Positions 1-16,095 are shown, counted from the stretch's first letter. The stretch: 64,000 nt of DNA from Flaccisagitta enflata (GCA_965153355.1 OZ231126.1:19840001-19904000); one strand, 5' to 3'. Translations and numbers: made by a program. Notes: generated by a model not told the origin, from the sequence alone.

Positions 1-24
1 AGTTTTTGTGAAGGGTGAATCTCT

Positions 25-84
<60 letters not shown>

Positions 85-645
85 TTCCAATTCCCTCCAA
101 TTACGCTCCTCTCCCGACTCTTCATTCATCTCTTTTACGCTTTCATAAACCACAATCGTGGTCGCCCATTGTGGTCGACGTAACGGAGCTTAATGGCTGA
201 AAATTGCAAAGATATTAAAGGGAGAGTATTGTGAAGCGACTCAGAATTGGTCGGCCTAAAAATGGTCGACTTAGAATTGTTCGACCGCGCCTCAAAGTAT
301 GGTGACAGTCGACTCTATCATCTATTTTATTCATCATGGAGGTTTTTATGTCTGAATGTGTTATCATTGTCAGCTAATGTCTATTACGGGCAAGGATACA
401 TATTTCGCCGAATATGTGGTGATATCTAAGAAAAATGGCTTAATGTCCGATTTCTGCTCGTGGTCTGCATGACTATAATTTAGAAGAAGAACAGTTTAAA
501 AATATTGGCATATTCCTTGAACAAATTGCAATTGACACCTTATTTCACCGATTGTTGCAATGGATTATGAATAATGTAGGAAGAAATTTGCCGTTTTCTT
601 GAGTTGTCTAGGTTAAATCTTGTTGTTAGAGAGTTTGTTATACCC

Positions 646-804
646 AACAAGGCCGGATACACGGCCAATACCAGTCGCGGACGGGTGGGCAGGGGCGGAA
701 ATGCGTGTTTTCCCACTTTCTGACTCGATCACCACGGACCGACCAACCGACGGACGGACGGACGGACAAAGCCTCTTATAGAGACGCTAGTCCGCGACTA
801 AAAA
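646..804 (-). mobile_element. DINE-1/Helentron-like non-autonomous element (HINE), subfamily A
   Basis: Ends AACAAGGCC...ACTAAAAA. Hairpin GGCCG-GATACA-CGGCC. Subterminal inverted repeat AGTCGCGGAC (673-682) / GTCCGCGACT (790-799). (GGAC)n core, no TSD. Homologous to copies at 32738 and 53677. Confidence 0.8.
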
Positions 805-921
805 GTCCACGTGTAGAGCAACACGTTCATCGTATCAAAAAACTGTGTTGCCAGGCAGAACACCGGCGTGATGCTACGCAGTGGTATCTTAGGTCTCTCT
901 CTACCATCTCCATTGAGTCTT

Positions 922-1020
<99 letters not shown>

Positions 1021-1125
1021 TCCATCCCCTTTTTGTTAGCTTTTGGAGGAGAATAATGCGATGGGTCGCAGTTGCAAGTTTTATGGTGAGGAAGAATGAA
1101 CATCGTTGGGGTGGGCTTGAGAAAA

Positions 1126-1227
<102 letters not shown>

Positions 1228-1650
1228 CTTCAATAGATTTATAGGGTGGGCAACGGGATAAAAGACGGTTGTGATGTTCCTGCATCATCCTTTTCATGGA
1301 TGTTCTTTCATCGCCATTGACATGAAAGAAAGAAGAGAAAAGAAGAAAAGAAGAGAGATTCACCTCGACCAAGTTGAAAAAACGGAATAACGAAGGCAGA
1401 GATATTTAATATTCCATCTTTTTCGCGTCTTGTCTCCCGATTGATATTCATTTCGGATTTTCTTCTATTCATTCAAACGTGGACATCGCAATTTCGGGTT
1501 GACACAACCAACTAATAGCGGAAATCTGGATCAGAAAAAGAAGAAGAGGCAGACTAAGATAAAGGGAAGAGAGGAGAAAAGAAAAATCAGCTTCATGGGA
1601 AGAAAAGAGAAACAGAACCAAAAAAGCATGAATGAGAAGGAGATTCAGTG

Positions 1651-1812
1651 GCCGTCGTTCGGTCGGTCCGTTGGTTGGTATGTCAGTCCATTGGTTGGTC
1701 ATGCGGTCGGTCCATTGGTTGGTATGTTGGTCCATTGGTCGGTCGTTCGGTCGGTTCGTTGGTTGGTATGTTGGTCCATTCGTCAGTCGTTCAGTGTTAG
1801 TCAGTCCGTCTC
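1651..1812 (+). repeat. Degenerate (GGTC/GGTT)n tract, probably a HINE core remnant
   Basis: Repeated ggtccattggttggt-type units resembling the HINE microsatellite core; ends not recognisable. Confidence 0.5.
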
Positions 1813-3597
1813 CACGATACGATACAAATTAGCCACGGAGAGACCTTAAGGAGAGATTCCTTGATCCGATCTTTAAGCTTCTTTTCTTGGAGAGAGAGAG
1901 AAAGACAGAGAGAAAAGATCTTGAATGGAACAGAGGATGAGAGGAAGAGATGAATAACATGAAAGATGATTTTAACGTCTCTGGGCATCCGGCCTTCAAA
2001 CATGCCCATGTTACAAAAGTATGACTCATTCAGATCTTAAACTTGTCATCACATTACGGTTTTCAATTGTCCTTAACTTTCATTTCTCTGTCTTCAGGTG
2101 AATATAATTATCCTTAGATACTTTTCTTTTCTTTTCTTTAATGTTCTTTTACAAATTTCAACTGTGTGTCATTGTCATAGTAACGTGCTTAATTTTCTGT
2201 CTCTAAACGTGTCACAAATTTGACACATGTTTTTTTTTGTTTCTTTCGTCGTTTCAACCCTAAGGAAATGTTGTTCGTTTTCCAATCTTGCCTCGTTCGT
2301 TTTATTTTTTCAATTTCCATACACTTATACGAAGTTCCTCTCCCACAAGAATCTCCGTCACTGAGAATTGTGTGTCACACTTTAGATTCGCGACAAAAGC
2401 CGTGCGCCCAACTCGGCTCGAGATGAAAAGGTAAAAGAGAAAGTGGAGGAGAGGGTTTAAAGTGCAGGAGATCGGGAATGAGATGAAGGAGAAGGAACTA
2501 GAACTAAGAATCAATGGAACCAGAGAAAGAAGGTTTAACGGCTGGTGGAGAGAGAAAGAAGAGGTGGGAGAACAACTTGAGGTGATTCTGGCAAATGGAC
2601 AGAAATGGGAACTAGGAAAAAGTAAAAAAACAACAAGCCTTTATTATCTTTCCACCAACAAAAGTCAAAAAATATCATCAGGAGCAGTATCAAGACTCAA
2701 TATCCAGCGAAAGCCCGAGGGCCCTACTTCCTTATAAAGAATAGGTATCCCAATATCACTGCTTTATCAAATATACAAATGAGTCTCAATCGAATATGCA
2801 TAAGAGCCTGTATCTCCTTTTCTCTCTCACTCACTTTATTCCCTCCTCACTCTCAGTAATTGGTGCCGGTGTTTGGGTCTCTCTCTCTCTCTCTCTCGTT
2901 GTGTCTGTCTCTGTCTCGCTCGCCATTCATTCCCCATGACGTCCGTTTTCTACTCAACAATTCATTGGCGTTTCTCTCCCGCCGGATTTCTCCCTTCCTT
3001 CCACCCTAATCCAACTGCGCGTGTGCGCCTGCGTGTGCGCGTATGTCCGTTCACGTGTGCGTGCGCGGGAGATACGTGCGCGCACATAAGAAGGAGTCCA
3101 GGCGCTTGGTCATCTCTTTGGGATTTTAGCGAAGTCGCTCCCCAAAACTGTTTTACATCTTATCTCAGATAAAGCTACCATTGGATGTACCAATTTCTAC
3201 GATTGGGTCCCTCCTTTCCAACTGGCCCAGGTCCCTCTTGATCTTTCCTTCTTTTCGTGCCTCGCATCTCCCTTAGACACTTCTTTTAACTTATCTTTCC
3301 ATAGTCCATGCCTTAATGCATCTCTCCGTCCTACTCTTAGTCTCTCACCTTTATCGACGTACACCCTTGTTCTATCCGCATATATACCCATGTCACTTTC
3401 TCTCGTCTCTCACTACCTTCCAACATCGTTGCCGTTTCCTTCTTTGTCACTTCGCGTCTCCGTCTCTGTCTCCGTCTCTCGCTTCCTTCGCGCCGTATCC
3501 CCTTGTCTCGCTGTGTCACTGTCTCCGTCTCTGTCTTTCTCCATGTGATTCCCTTCGGATTCGAGAAACCGCTTCTCATCTCCTCTCAATACTTGAT

Positions 3598-3657
<60 letters not shown>

Positions 3658-3711
3658 GATAGAGATATAGAGAGATATATATATATATAGATATAGAGAT
3701 GAGAAATATAG

Positions 3712-3744
<33 letters not shown>

Positions 3745-3840
3745 TACATATATAGATATAGAGAATAGATATATATATATATACAGATATATAGAGAGAT
3801 ATATATCATTTCTCTTCTATTCTATCTATCCTCTGTCTCT

Positions 3841-3897
<57 letters not shown>

Positions 3898-5261
3898 TTC
3901 TTTTCCTTCCTTCTGCTCACTTGGGTCTTGTTCCCAAGAAAGTGAATATATCCAATACGATATAACAGACATTTGGATTTTTTTCATTTCCATATTGGAT
4001 CCGTAACACGACAGAAAATCGTGTCTTAGCACTTGTTGCAATTTCTTGTTCCTATTTCTTATAAATCTTCGCGTGGGAAATGAAATAAAAAATCCAGATT
4101 CTTGGAATTCTTTATTCATGTCACTTCACTGCCTACATGTTTCCATATCGTTTCCATATTGGTCATGCTGCCTGATATCACCGATTCCTTTAGTTCGTGA
4201 GATTGAATAGTTCTGATTCTTCAGTAGATGAAAGTGTGTCAGAAATAACAACTGTCCATTTCTTTTTTTTTGCCATTTTCAATTTGATCCAACGCAATGA
4301 TCCTTTGAATGTCAATATTGTCTATAAATTGACAACCGCCTCAATGCAGTAGTTGAAATGTGAAAGTGTCATGATATGACTGTAATGCTGTCTGAGCCAT
4401 GGAAACCACCGGACAAAACACTCTCAAACGCGATGAGAGAATATAGGCATCGATTTAACGGCAGGGATCACTTGTGTAGGTTCCATTCAAAACAAGATCT
4501 AAAGTCTCTATTTCGGCGTCGTCGTCGTCCTTGGTTAAATGAGTTGAAGATAATCAATATTGAGAGTGTAAAATGACCATCTCCCAACGCTTGATAAGTA
4601 GAGACAAGAGTGTTGCAGCTATTCTTTGCGGGAGTCTGTTTTTTTTCTCTTTCTGAGACTTGCAACTTGATGCTGCACATTGCTGCAGTTACATTTATGA
4701 CCATGAGTGCCAGCGTGGGGGATCCTTGCTGCACTGGGAGCTCAGCGTGGGGCACGCGTGTAAAAGATCGTCTCAATATCGCAACTTCGTGGGAGAGGAA
4801 AAGGAGAAGAGAAAGAGGGAGAAAAACTATTACACAAGCACACACAGACACCTACACAAAGACACATACAGACACACACAGACACACACATCCAAGCATG
4901 ATCTGGCAGCGTCAGTGCAGTGCTTGGCCCGAATTTGAAAACAACTAAAGCAAAAGCACCAGTAAATCGAATTTTTGGCACCAAAATTCATTTTTTCCCT
5001 CATTGAAAAATGAAAATGAAATTTCACCTTTCAGGGTTTGAACAAAGGGTAGGAGATGAAAGGAAAAGTAGAAGAAGAAGAAGAAGAAGAAGAAGAAGAA
5101 GAAGAAGAAGAAGAAGAAGAAGAAGAAGAAGAAGAAGAAGCAGAAGCAGAAGAAGACGAAGAAAAAGAAGAAGAAGAAGAAGAAGAAACGATGGCCAAAG
5201 ATGAAATACTTGATAAATTCGCATTTTCTTCCTTCCTGGCATCGAGGGGACCAAAACGGGG

Positions 5262-5297
<36 letters not shown>

Positions 5298-5412
5298 GTC
5301 GATGATTAGTGATTTTGAAAGAGAAAGAAGGTCCAACAAAGGATTTGGAGATAAAAGAACAAAGAAAAGAACGAGTCGATGATTGAAAGGAGATCGCGAA
5401 GGGAAACTTAGG

Positions 5413-5451
<39 letters not shown>

Positions 5452-5452
5452 G

Positions 5453-5527
<75 letters not shown>

Positions 5528-5612
5528 GAGCAAGAGAGAGAGAAAGAGGGAAAGCAAGAGAAAGGAGCGCCTGGGGCGGCTATCAGAACGAACGATCTTT
5601 GCGGCGATAACT

Positions 5613-5915
5613 GGCAACCATTCGGGCAACCAGTTGAAACGACCAAATAGACGACCAAATGGACGACCAAATGGACGACTAGACTAAGCGACCAAATTGG
5701 GCGACGAGACTGAGCGACCAGATTGGGCGACCAGACTGAGCGACCAGATTGGGCGACCATACTGAGCAACCAGATTGGGCGACCAGATTGGGCGACCAGA
5801 CTGAGCGACCAGATTGGGCGACCAAATTGGGCGACTAGACTGAGCGACCAGATTGGGCGACTAGACTGAGCGACCAGATTGGGCGACCAAATTGGGCGAC
5901 CAAATGGGCAACTAA
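5613..5915. repeat. Minisatellite of 12-13-bp units (gaccagattgggc / gaccagactgagc)
   Basis: Directly visible tandem array with two interspersed unit variants. Confidence 0.9.
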
Positions 5916-6414
5916 ACGGGGGACCAGTAAATCGATCGAAATGGGCAATCAATATAGAAAAAAAAAGTTTAAATGAAGACTAGTTGAACTTGAAGAAACA
6001 GAGGTAGGCGGCTGAGATGATTTTTCTCTGATATTCTCTTTTTTTTAAATTCTTTTCCTCGCTATTTTCAGAAAACAAAAAAACTTTGTCCAGGTTTAAT
6101 TTCTAATCTAAAATCTGGATTTAAGGGTCGGAATTTTGCTCACCTTTCACTCCCTTTCATCATGAAGGGCCCTTGTATGCCACGGAGTTTTTTTAGTGCT
6201 CTTTCTGTCTCTACCTCTTTTTCTTTCTGTCTCTGTGTCTATCTTTCTCTTCTTTCTATTAGTCATTTCTCTCTCAAACTCTCTCTCTCTTCTCTCATTT
6301 TTTTTTAAATAAAAAAGATTTTTCCACATTGAAAAATGTCCCAACAATGAACGACATTAGTTGGTGACAAAATGAATGGATGAATGGGTCCACTTAGAAC
6401 CAAGACATTCCATT

Positions 6415-6471
<57 letters not shown>

Positions 6472-6820
6472 TTTGTGACAGATTACTCAACTCTCTTTTT
6501 TTTTTACTTTTAGATTTTCATCACTATTTCCTAAACTGTTCCACACCTTTGCAATCCGTTCATCTATCAAATTATGATTCCATGAATTCATTAGTAAAGC
6601 GTTCTCACGTATCTGCATATATCATCACCCACGTTTCCTTCCAGCTTTCACTGAATATGGCAACTGTCGCGCGTATCGACCGAGAAACTGCGACATCAGC
6701 TGCCACAAGGAAAGTTGTCGTAACCAATATCGACAAATCTGTATTGAGGAATGTAACCTTTGATAGTCTGATATAATTTTTTTCCCCTTCGTTTGTCTCC
6801 CGTTTTTTTTCTGGGAGAAT

Positions 6821-6997
<177 letters not shown>

Positions 6998-7156
6998 ATG
7001 ATGATTATGACGACGACTTGTAGGGAGGAACTATTTAGACAACAACAAAGGCCGCGAACAGCGAGTAAAAAGAATGACGACGAATATTTTTAACCGTAAA
7101 TTCAAGACTTTTTTCAATGGGCACCTAGAAGTGGCCCTTGGGGTGAAATGGGAGAG

Positions 7157-7242
<86 letters not shown>

Positions 7243-7878
7243 TCTTGTTAGCCAATGGTTTTTCACCCGGAGGCAGTGGCGTTGTTTTTCTGCAGCTGGT
7301 TGTCACTAACTGACAAGAATTTTGAAAAGACAGGGAAAATTTCTACACTACAGAAAAAAATTTACATGGCAGAAAAACGTTTGTTATTCTTTTTTGTCTC
7401 TTTGTTTTGAAATTTTTGGCATCAAGACGCCCTCCATCATTGCCAATTACTGTAGTCAACAATTCCGTTCCACAAACTTCAAAGATTGCTCAAACCCATT
7501 CCATCAGCCGAAAATCAAACAATGGCAGTTCCTTCTGAGCATAGCTTTACGTTGGCCCATCATCGATTGCTATACTTAATACCTACACAACTTTATTTCA
7601 TCACCCTCAAAGACAGAGCTGCCATTGCATTCCATCAACGAATCAACACTCCTTTAAAGCTTTTAAAGCTTTTAAAGCTAAAATGCTAAACTTCACCCAC
7701 TAATCCGATCACTCTCAACCTTTTTTTCCATCACCCTCAACGGAACACCTTTTTTTCCCATCACTCCGGGGTTTTGTATTTCCTCCCCAGGAGTCGAGTT
7801 CTTCTCCCCTGACGATGACTTCAGATGACTTCACCCAGGGCCATTAACTACCGAATACAGTCAACGTCACAGGGAGAA

Positions 7879-7981
<103 letters not shown>

Positions 7982-10900
7982 AGACAGTAAACGGGGACAT
8001 AGTCACATACACAAAGGAACTGTCAGCCGTGGCCATGTTGAGACATAGAGACAGGGAGGTGAGCCATCTGACTTCTGAGCCTCGAAGAAGTAAATCGAGT
8101 CGGCAAAATCTCGAAAGTCAAGAAAGTTGATCATGATGGAAATGTCGCCGAAGGCAGCAAAACCAGAGACTTCCCCTTTTGCTTTTTCCATCCTCAGCAC
8201 TCGAGTCAATATCCTCTTCCTCCTTATACGTGCTCCGTTCCTCCTATCGAATTCTGCGTGTCGTATTGTGGATGTTCGGTTATACATATGTTTGTTTATA
8301 CATATGTTCTACTACCTGTTTGTCTGTCTACTTGTCCGCGCATGTCTTCTCTCTGTCTTCTGTATGTGCAGGTCCCTGTTTCTATTTTTTCACTCCTACT
8401 TTCTTCTCCACCGCCGTCTGTCTTTCCGCGTGCGTTTTCCTGCTTACTGTTACCGGGTGTTAAATGTTGTAACTTGCTTCCTGTACCACTGTACCTGCCC
8501 ATTTCACTGTTCGCACGTCTTAATTGTCTATACCCGTCTTTATCTACCTCTGTCTCCTTTCTTGAGGATGTGCCTTCTCCAATGTCATCATTTTGAGCAT
8601 TTTTTTTCTTGCTCAGATTTTCTGTATGTTTCGGTCAACATGTTCCCCTGATGCACCATCTCAAGTTCCACACTCCATATTTCAGCAATTTACTTCTTGC
8701 CCGTCTTTCCCGTAATTCATCGCTGATTTGAGATAAATTGTCCGTCGTGTCAAATATGTTGAGAAAGCACAAGCGAATTCCCCATCACTGTCTCTCCTCT
8801 CTACCCTTTATTAAGCACAACTTTATTTTCGCCCCCCGCCCATGCTGTGAAATTTCCCTTGCAATATTTACATTGAGGTTACAGTTCATTTTCAGTGTCA
8901 CTCCAGTTATCTCCTGACTAGTGACTACATTAATACACTCTTCAATTAACAACGCACCTAATATCCCATCGATTGTCCTGTATTCTCTCTTTGTCCCTTT
9001 TGTTCACTCTTTTCGCCCCTACTTTCTATTTCAACTTTTCACCTTTGATTTATTTTGATTTTTTACGATTGGGATTTGAAAATTTGAACAGTCAGTCAAC
9101 TTTTAGTAGGAACTGTTTTCCTTTCTTTTGTGTATGTGTGTGTGACTTGAGATCGTTTCTTCCGCCAAATAGTCGTTAAAAATGGATAACGACTTTCACG
9201 ATCGCACCAAAATGTCCCTCATTGTTCTTTTCTTCATTCAGTTTCTCTCTTTCAATTTTACGTTTGACACTTCCGCTGACAGACGAATTTCGTTTGACTG
9301 AGAAATGAAAGTCAGTTTAATTTTGTTTTCACTTCCCTTCTTAAAATTCCCATGCAGTCACTGGCCACAACCGCCACTTACTATACCGTTAAGAAGAACG
9401 TTACTATCATGGAGTGAGTAGGTCATGCATGTTGTACAAGTCGATTGATGTGTATGTTTTGTTGAATGCCTTGATAAAGTGCGATCCGAAGGCAACCACT
9501 TTTCCATATCATCTATGTGTTCAGAAAGTTATGCAACAAAGCCCATCTTCTGGACTCCCCTCAATTACAACTCGCATACTCTCACAGTCTTTTACGAGTT
9601 GTTCCCCAAACTGAGAATTCATTCGGTGACTCAAATCGCGGAGCCACGCGGTTTATCGCTGATTCTGTGTTATTGACTCAAGATTTCCATGCGGCCAAAT
9701 GACTCGGGCGGCTCTGAAAGTAACCGCATTCAGTCTTTATACGACAGATTTGGGATGAGTGACGTTTTTACGTTTTTAACGACGTGGCGACCGCGATTTT
9801 CATCCACAGTATCAATGTCGTGTCTGTACATGCGTTAGAAAGTAAGAGGAATTATCATGAATATATGGGTTTCACAAAGATGCTATGTTGAACACATTTA
9901 CTTACTGACGTTTACATGCACTTGTTGCCCTCCATGTCATCACTGCTTAACGGTGCATATTCATACCTCTTTTCACAATAGACATGATTTAAATAGTTTC
10001 TTTTATTTGTCAACAATAATGAGCAGATCAATCAAACAATGTCGTAGGTCTAAACCATTGAGCGATGTTTGCTGTGAACAAGATGTGCTCATGATGGAAT
10101 GTAAGAAGCCGGCTTTATTGAATTTGATACTGACATTTGCATATTGTCTACTTCCATTTCAATTGGCATAATAAAATGATGAAGAAGAGAGAAGCCGTGC
10201 ATTGATTCGCCAACGACTATGTTTTATAATTAAAGTTCCGTTTCCATATCAAATTCTTCCGTAAAGGTGGAATTGGGCTAGTTATTACAAAACGGCTGTA
10301 CCTAGCGAGAAGAAGCTAAGCGAATCTTGAAATCAATACTTATTACAATAAAACCAAAAGCGTTATACTCGCCGGCTCTGCCCCGTTAATATGCTACGAG
10401 TTAGACGCATGATGATGTCGCAGTCAAGGTGACAGTCTACCATCCTGCGTAACTCAAACGATATTGCCATATTGGCCACCTCCAGGGATGTTACGACTGT
10501 TCAGAATCTGAGGGGAGTTGGGCAAACTCAACCACGTCCTGGAGTACATATACATGACTCAATAATACAAACCTTTTCTCAGTTATTCACCAGTAACCAC
10601 CCTGACTTAGCATCCTCAACCCTGAAAAAACCACTGTCACTACGACCGTCTCCTCTTCCGACACCCCTGTGCCATTCTTGTGTCCCACCGCCCGCGGTCA
10701 GCTTCAGGCGTTCTGCCTTCAAGTTGCCTTCGAATTGCTGGAAACAAAAGCATTTTCCAATTTGCTGGAGGCTAAAATGCGGTCCCGAATTACGACGAAG
10801 GGCGAACGACAAGAAACGGTAAAAGAAGAAGATGAAGAGAAGAAAAAGATGGAGAAGAAGGACAAGGAATAGTAAAAGAAGATGAAGAAGAAGACGAAAA

Positions 10901-11279
10901 AGATGACGAAGAAGAAAATCAAGAAGAAGAAGAAGAAGAAGAAGAAGAAGAAGAAGAAGAAGACGAAGACGAAGACGAAGACGAAGACGAAGAAGAAGAA
11001 GAAGAAGAAGAAGAAGAAGAAGAAGATGAAGGAGAGGGAAAGAAATCTCTTGTCCCGAAATTTCCAGTTTACACTCTGCTGTAATCCATGTTGTCACGCA
11101 AAGAATGTTGTTATCTTTGCTATTCCATTCTCACTCTCTTATTCTTTACAGGGGAATTTGTCTTTTTATTTTGTCCAGTGGTCCTCTTTTTGCTCCATTA
11201 GATTTAAATGACATCCCTCACAGTTTGACACTCAGATTATTCAGGCGACTCAATATTCAATAACTTGCAAGGTCAAAAC

Positions 11280-11346
<67 letters not shown>

Positions 11347-11569
11347 CCATGTCTGGGTCTTGCTTGGTTCTTTTTTTAGTCAAAAAGGAGATTTTGAGCA
11401 AGTCTAGAAATTGCTCTCCCGCGACGAAAGGGAATGGGCGCCCCCTCCTGACTCCCCTCCTCCTCCTCCTCCAACTGACTCCCCTCCCGCCGAGATAGCA
11501 AGAAAAGAAACTGATTTTTTTTCTCTCTGACATCGAGAAAAAGTATATATTGAAAGACAAAAAGAGAAA

Positions 11570-11633
<64 letters not shown>

Positions 11634-11763
11634 GAGAAAGAAAGGGAGACTGAAAGGGAGACTGAAAGGAGAAAAAAAGGGTGAAGACAAGATCTTTGAG
11701 AGATATCCTGGGAAGAACTGATGATGATTTGTCCATCACCCGCGACACCACCAACCGCGTCTG

Positions 11764-11865
11764 CAACGTGTCACCAGCAAGCCGTCACCACCAGCTGCTC
11801 CAACAACGTGTCACCACCAAGCCCTCTTTATAAGATACTCAACGTGTCACCACCAAGCCGTCACC
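11764..11865. repeat. Three copies of CAACGTGTCACCASCAAGCC
   Basis: Copies start at 11764, 11804 and 11840. Confidence 0.8.
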
Positions 11866-12661
11866 CAACACTTTTGCGACCTTCGGTTGTTCATCATTAG
11901 TTAAAGACTTGTCAATTGCCACAAGTCGTAACCATCGTATTATAACTCCGACATTTTTTTCTCCACACAAAGTTGCTGCCAAGTCGAGATGGCCGGTCTT
12001 TTATTTCCATATCTGTCATAACCATCGATTTCTCTGACAGCTCATGTTGAGCACCTTCTTCTCGTTCTCACCTAGACCTACCCTCTATCTTTGGGTTACC
12101 CTCTCTCCCTTCCCCCTCTCCCTCTCCCCACCCTTCTTCCTCAAGCAAGGTCCATGCTTTCAATTTTTTCTCCCAGTTAAAAGGAAGTTAAAGACAGAGA
12201 GAGACTCCCCGTAGAGTTGATGTTACCCAGCGCACTTTGAATCACATAGATGACATGTCGCTTGTATGCGTTAGATCTCAGGATAGTCTAAATCGAGGTA
12301 TTCAATGGGAAACGAATATTTCAAAGAGGAAGAAGAAATGTAGTAAGTTTGGGGATTTGGATTTTTTAATGACAAATTGTACTACGAAATGACGATTTTG
12401 ATCAAGGCTTTATTTGATATGATTTTTTATCCTCCACTACAAAAAAAAAAAAGAGAGAAAGAGAAAGAGACATAGAAAGGAAGAGAAAGAGAAAGAGAGA
12501 CTGAGAGAGAAAGGGAAAGAGAGAGTAAAACAGGAAAGAAAAAGGGAAATGATGTGTTAAAATTGAAGTTTAAAAGAAGTCTGAGGGTCTGAGAGTGATT
12601 TTGCCAAGATTTACTACCATTTCCGTAATTTAAAATGGGGATGTGTGTGAGAGACAGGGGA

Positions 12662-13026
<365 letters not shown>

Positions 13027-13116
13027 ATTAAGTCTCGAGTAACTTTGAAATTCTTTAGTTTGAATAAAAAAAGTCGTGTGGACTCCTGGAGAGTAGAGAC
13101 CTCATGTTGAGACAAC

Positions 13117-13217
<101 letters not shown>

Positions 13218-13341
13218 CTAAAAAAAAGGGATACACGGGGCGAGATATTCCGCAGTTGTGTACATCTTTAAAAATATGAAAAGTAAATTTATGACATTCT
13301 CTAATTTTTCAGTGGCCAGACCATTCGGATGAACAGGTGCA

Positions 13342-13438
<97 letters not shown>

Positions 13439-15053
13439 CCGCTTTGGTGCCCCGGGGAATGACGTGCCATCCCTTAGCAGCCAAAGGGGGCTCGCGATGT
13501 CGCCCCTGCTCCCGCCCATCTTATTGCCCCCAAGCACACAAATGAGTTTTTTTTTCTTAAGCAGTTGGCATCTTGCTCGCCTTTCTCTAGCAAAAGCCCC
13601 CAAAAAAGTAAGTTCCATAATCTCTTTTCAGGTGCGATTGATTGATCCAACAGAACTCATTGATTTATTCATCATTTTTTTCAATCATTCATTCATTCAT
13701 ATATTCATTCATTCATTCATTCATTCATTCATTCATTCATTCCTTCCTTCCTTCATTCATTCATTCATTCATTCATTCATTCATTCATTCATTCATTCTC
13801 AATAATTGTCCGTTGACTCATCACTGTTGGTAACTCGGTGGATTGGTCGTCATCCTTATTTGGCAATTTTCTTTCTCTCAGAGTTTCGTGGATTTTCATC
13901 TTTCTCGTCTTTCTCAATTTCGCGGCAGGTTCACTCAGAAACGGACATTCCTAATCCTTTAAACGTTCTTCGCTGCCACTCAGTCCATTCATTCAATCAT
14001 TTATTCATCCTTTCTGTTTTTTCCCTCCAAATTTTTTATTTCTCCCTCTATTGTTTTCTGCGTTCTCCTACTCTTACTTATCTCCTTTCTTTTTTTGGGA
14101 ACCTTTCTCCTTTTCTTCCTCCTCTCTTCTTTTTTTGCCCCCTGCACTCCTATTTCTCTCGTTTTTTTCTCACCAAGATAGAGAATGGCCCTGATAATCA
14201 TCCTTTTATCTTCCGTTGTCATCAACGATAGCCGCTCGCCTTACCAATAATTGCGGGATTACGGTCGCAAAGTATTTGTAACAGCGTTGAGAATGGAGGG
14301 AAAATTTTAGTGGATTGACAGAAAGTAAGAGCGTAAAAGTGCAAATCACTACACATAATTACAAACAAAATTGAAAAAAAAAGAAGAAAAAAAGAAAAAG
14401 AAAAAACACTTTGATGCCGATTTACCTTTTTGCAATTTGCATACTTTCGGTAATGAATAAAATGTCGTCAACAAAATTCCACGAATTTGATTCACCTTAC
14501 TGTTACTGGCACTGGTACAATTAAATGTCAAATAACTTTTATTATGTGACGATTTTCTTGGAGTGTGGATTAGAAAAAGAGAGACATGTCAAGCTATAGG
14601 AATGTCACTATGAATGTTCTGAATAGTAAGAATGTTGAATTTAATGAAAAAACATCTCTTAGCGACGGTACCATGTCGTTGCTGCTTGATGAAGCCGCTG
14701 GATTCTATAAAATTATTTGAAGCAAGATCGCGGCGTCTCATCGGCGTTTGCAGATGATTTTGCGCGTAACTGATCAGCCAGAGAATTTTTATGCGCCCAT
14801 GACATTCAAAGCCTCTCATTAAAGCTTTATTTCTCCATCGAATAGTTCCCCGAGTTTCGTTTTCAAAAAGACGTTGTCATCTTCTGCTGAAACTTCAGCA
14901 TGAAGGTCGCTTTGATGAATTCTGTTATTACTAAACTAACGTCATACTTACCTTTTTCCTCATCTTTTACGTTTTAACCACAATCAATGATAAAATGAAA
15001 TGGGAAAAAAATCTCCCAAGAACCTGTTCCTTGTTCTGGTGCTTCCATTCCTT

Positions 15054-15110
<57 letters not shown>

Positions 15111-15132
15111 CCGATAACTGAAAAATTCTTTA

Positions 15133-15198
<66 letters not shown>

Positions 15199-15581
15199 CA
15201 TCCTTCCTTTTTCTTCAAATGACGGAATTTGAGAAAGGGATGAAAGAGGGAACGTATGAATGCATTCACCCAATTTCAGGTTGAGTAGGAATCATGAATA
15301 AAAAAAATCAGAAAAGAGAAAAAGATGGAAGCAGAGAAAGGAAAAAGAAAAGAAAGACAGGGGACAATTAGCGAAAGGGAAGTAAGGTAAGGTCCAACGA
15401 AGTAAGTTCTCTACAGAAAAAAAGATCCTATTTTGTGTTGATCATCAGGGAGTGGCGGAAATTGTTCGCGACAAATGAAGCGTATCAATCGAAGGGTGAC
15501 GCATTCTTCGGTTCTCAGTTGGGAAAAGAAAGTTCCCGCAGGTCCCAGATTATTTTTGAGCTTTAGTGTTCGGTGGAGCGG

Positions 15582-16095
15582 TCGGGTGTGTCAATATATA
15601 AAAGGTCTTTTGATCAGCTTATCATCATCAGGGAGTGTGAAGACACTAATTACAAGACACTTACCATTTTTATTTTTTTTAATTTCAATCATCTTCCGTT
15701 TTTTTAGCGCGAGTAAAGATTGTCAAAAATATATATACTTTTAGCGACTCTACCCAGTTTTGTTGAAAATGAGACTGATATATTATTCAAAAAATTATGT
15801 TTTTTTTTGTTACTATTTCTTCTTATGAAAAGTGAAATATTTTGACCAATTCTTTTTATATTAAAGAATCAGATAAGAAATGGGTTCTGATTTTTATTCT
15901 TATGATCAATGATACCGGTGCAAAACCAGCTGCACTACAATATACAAATTAGGGGCTAAATGGAGATTTTAAAAAAACGGAAGATGAATGAAATTAAGAA
16001 AAAGAAAAATGGTAAGTACCTTAGAATTAGTGTCCCAACACTCCTTGATGATGACGATCTGATCAAAAAAGTTTTTTAAATTTTGACACACCCGA
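15582..16095. mobile_element. Mutator-like (MULE-type) non-autonomous element, 514 bp, 9-bp TSD
   Basis: Imperfect TIRs of about 90 bp starting TCGGGTGTGTCAA and ending TTGACACACCCGA. Exact direct repeat GTGGAGCGG at 15573-15581 and 16096-16104. Confidence 0.85.

Noticed and set aside
4945..5952. 335-aa ORF, the longest in the track
   Set aside because: It is composed of the 13-bp minisatellite and SSRs.
8142..8172. MSPKAAKP, and RKRAKPK at about 37820, resembling the MSRRKQAKP start of vertebrate ZNF423/521
   Set aside because: Poor match and no suitable splice donor follows.
9633..9800. Imperfect inverted repeat of about 22 bp (aaatcgcgg..gccacg / cgtggcg..ccgcgattt)
   Set aside because: Too degenerate and no TSD; could be an old MITE but not supportable.
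11764..11865. Repeat-spacer-repeat pattern resembling a mini CRISPR array
   Set aside because: Only three copies, short spacers of 16-20 nt with one derived from the repeat, no cas genes, and eukaryotic intron-containing context.
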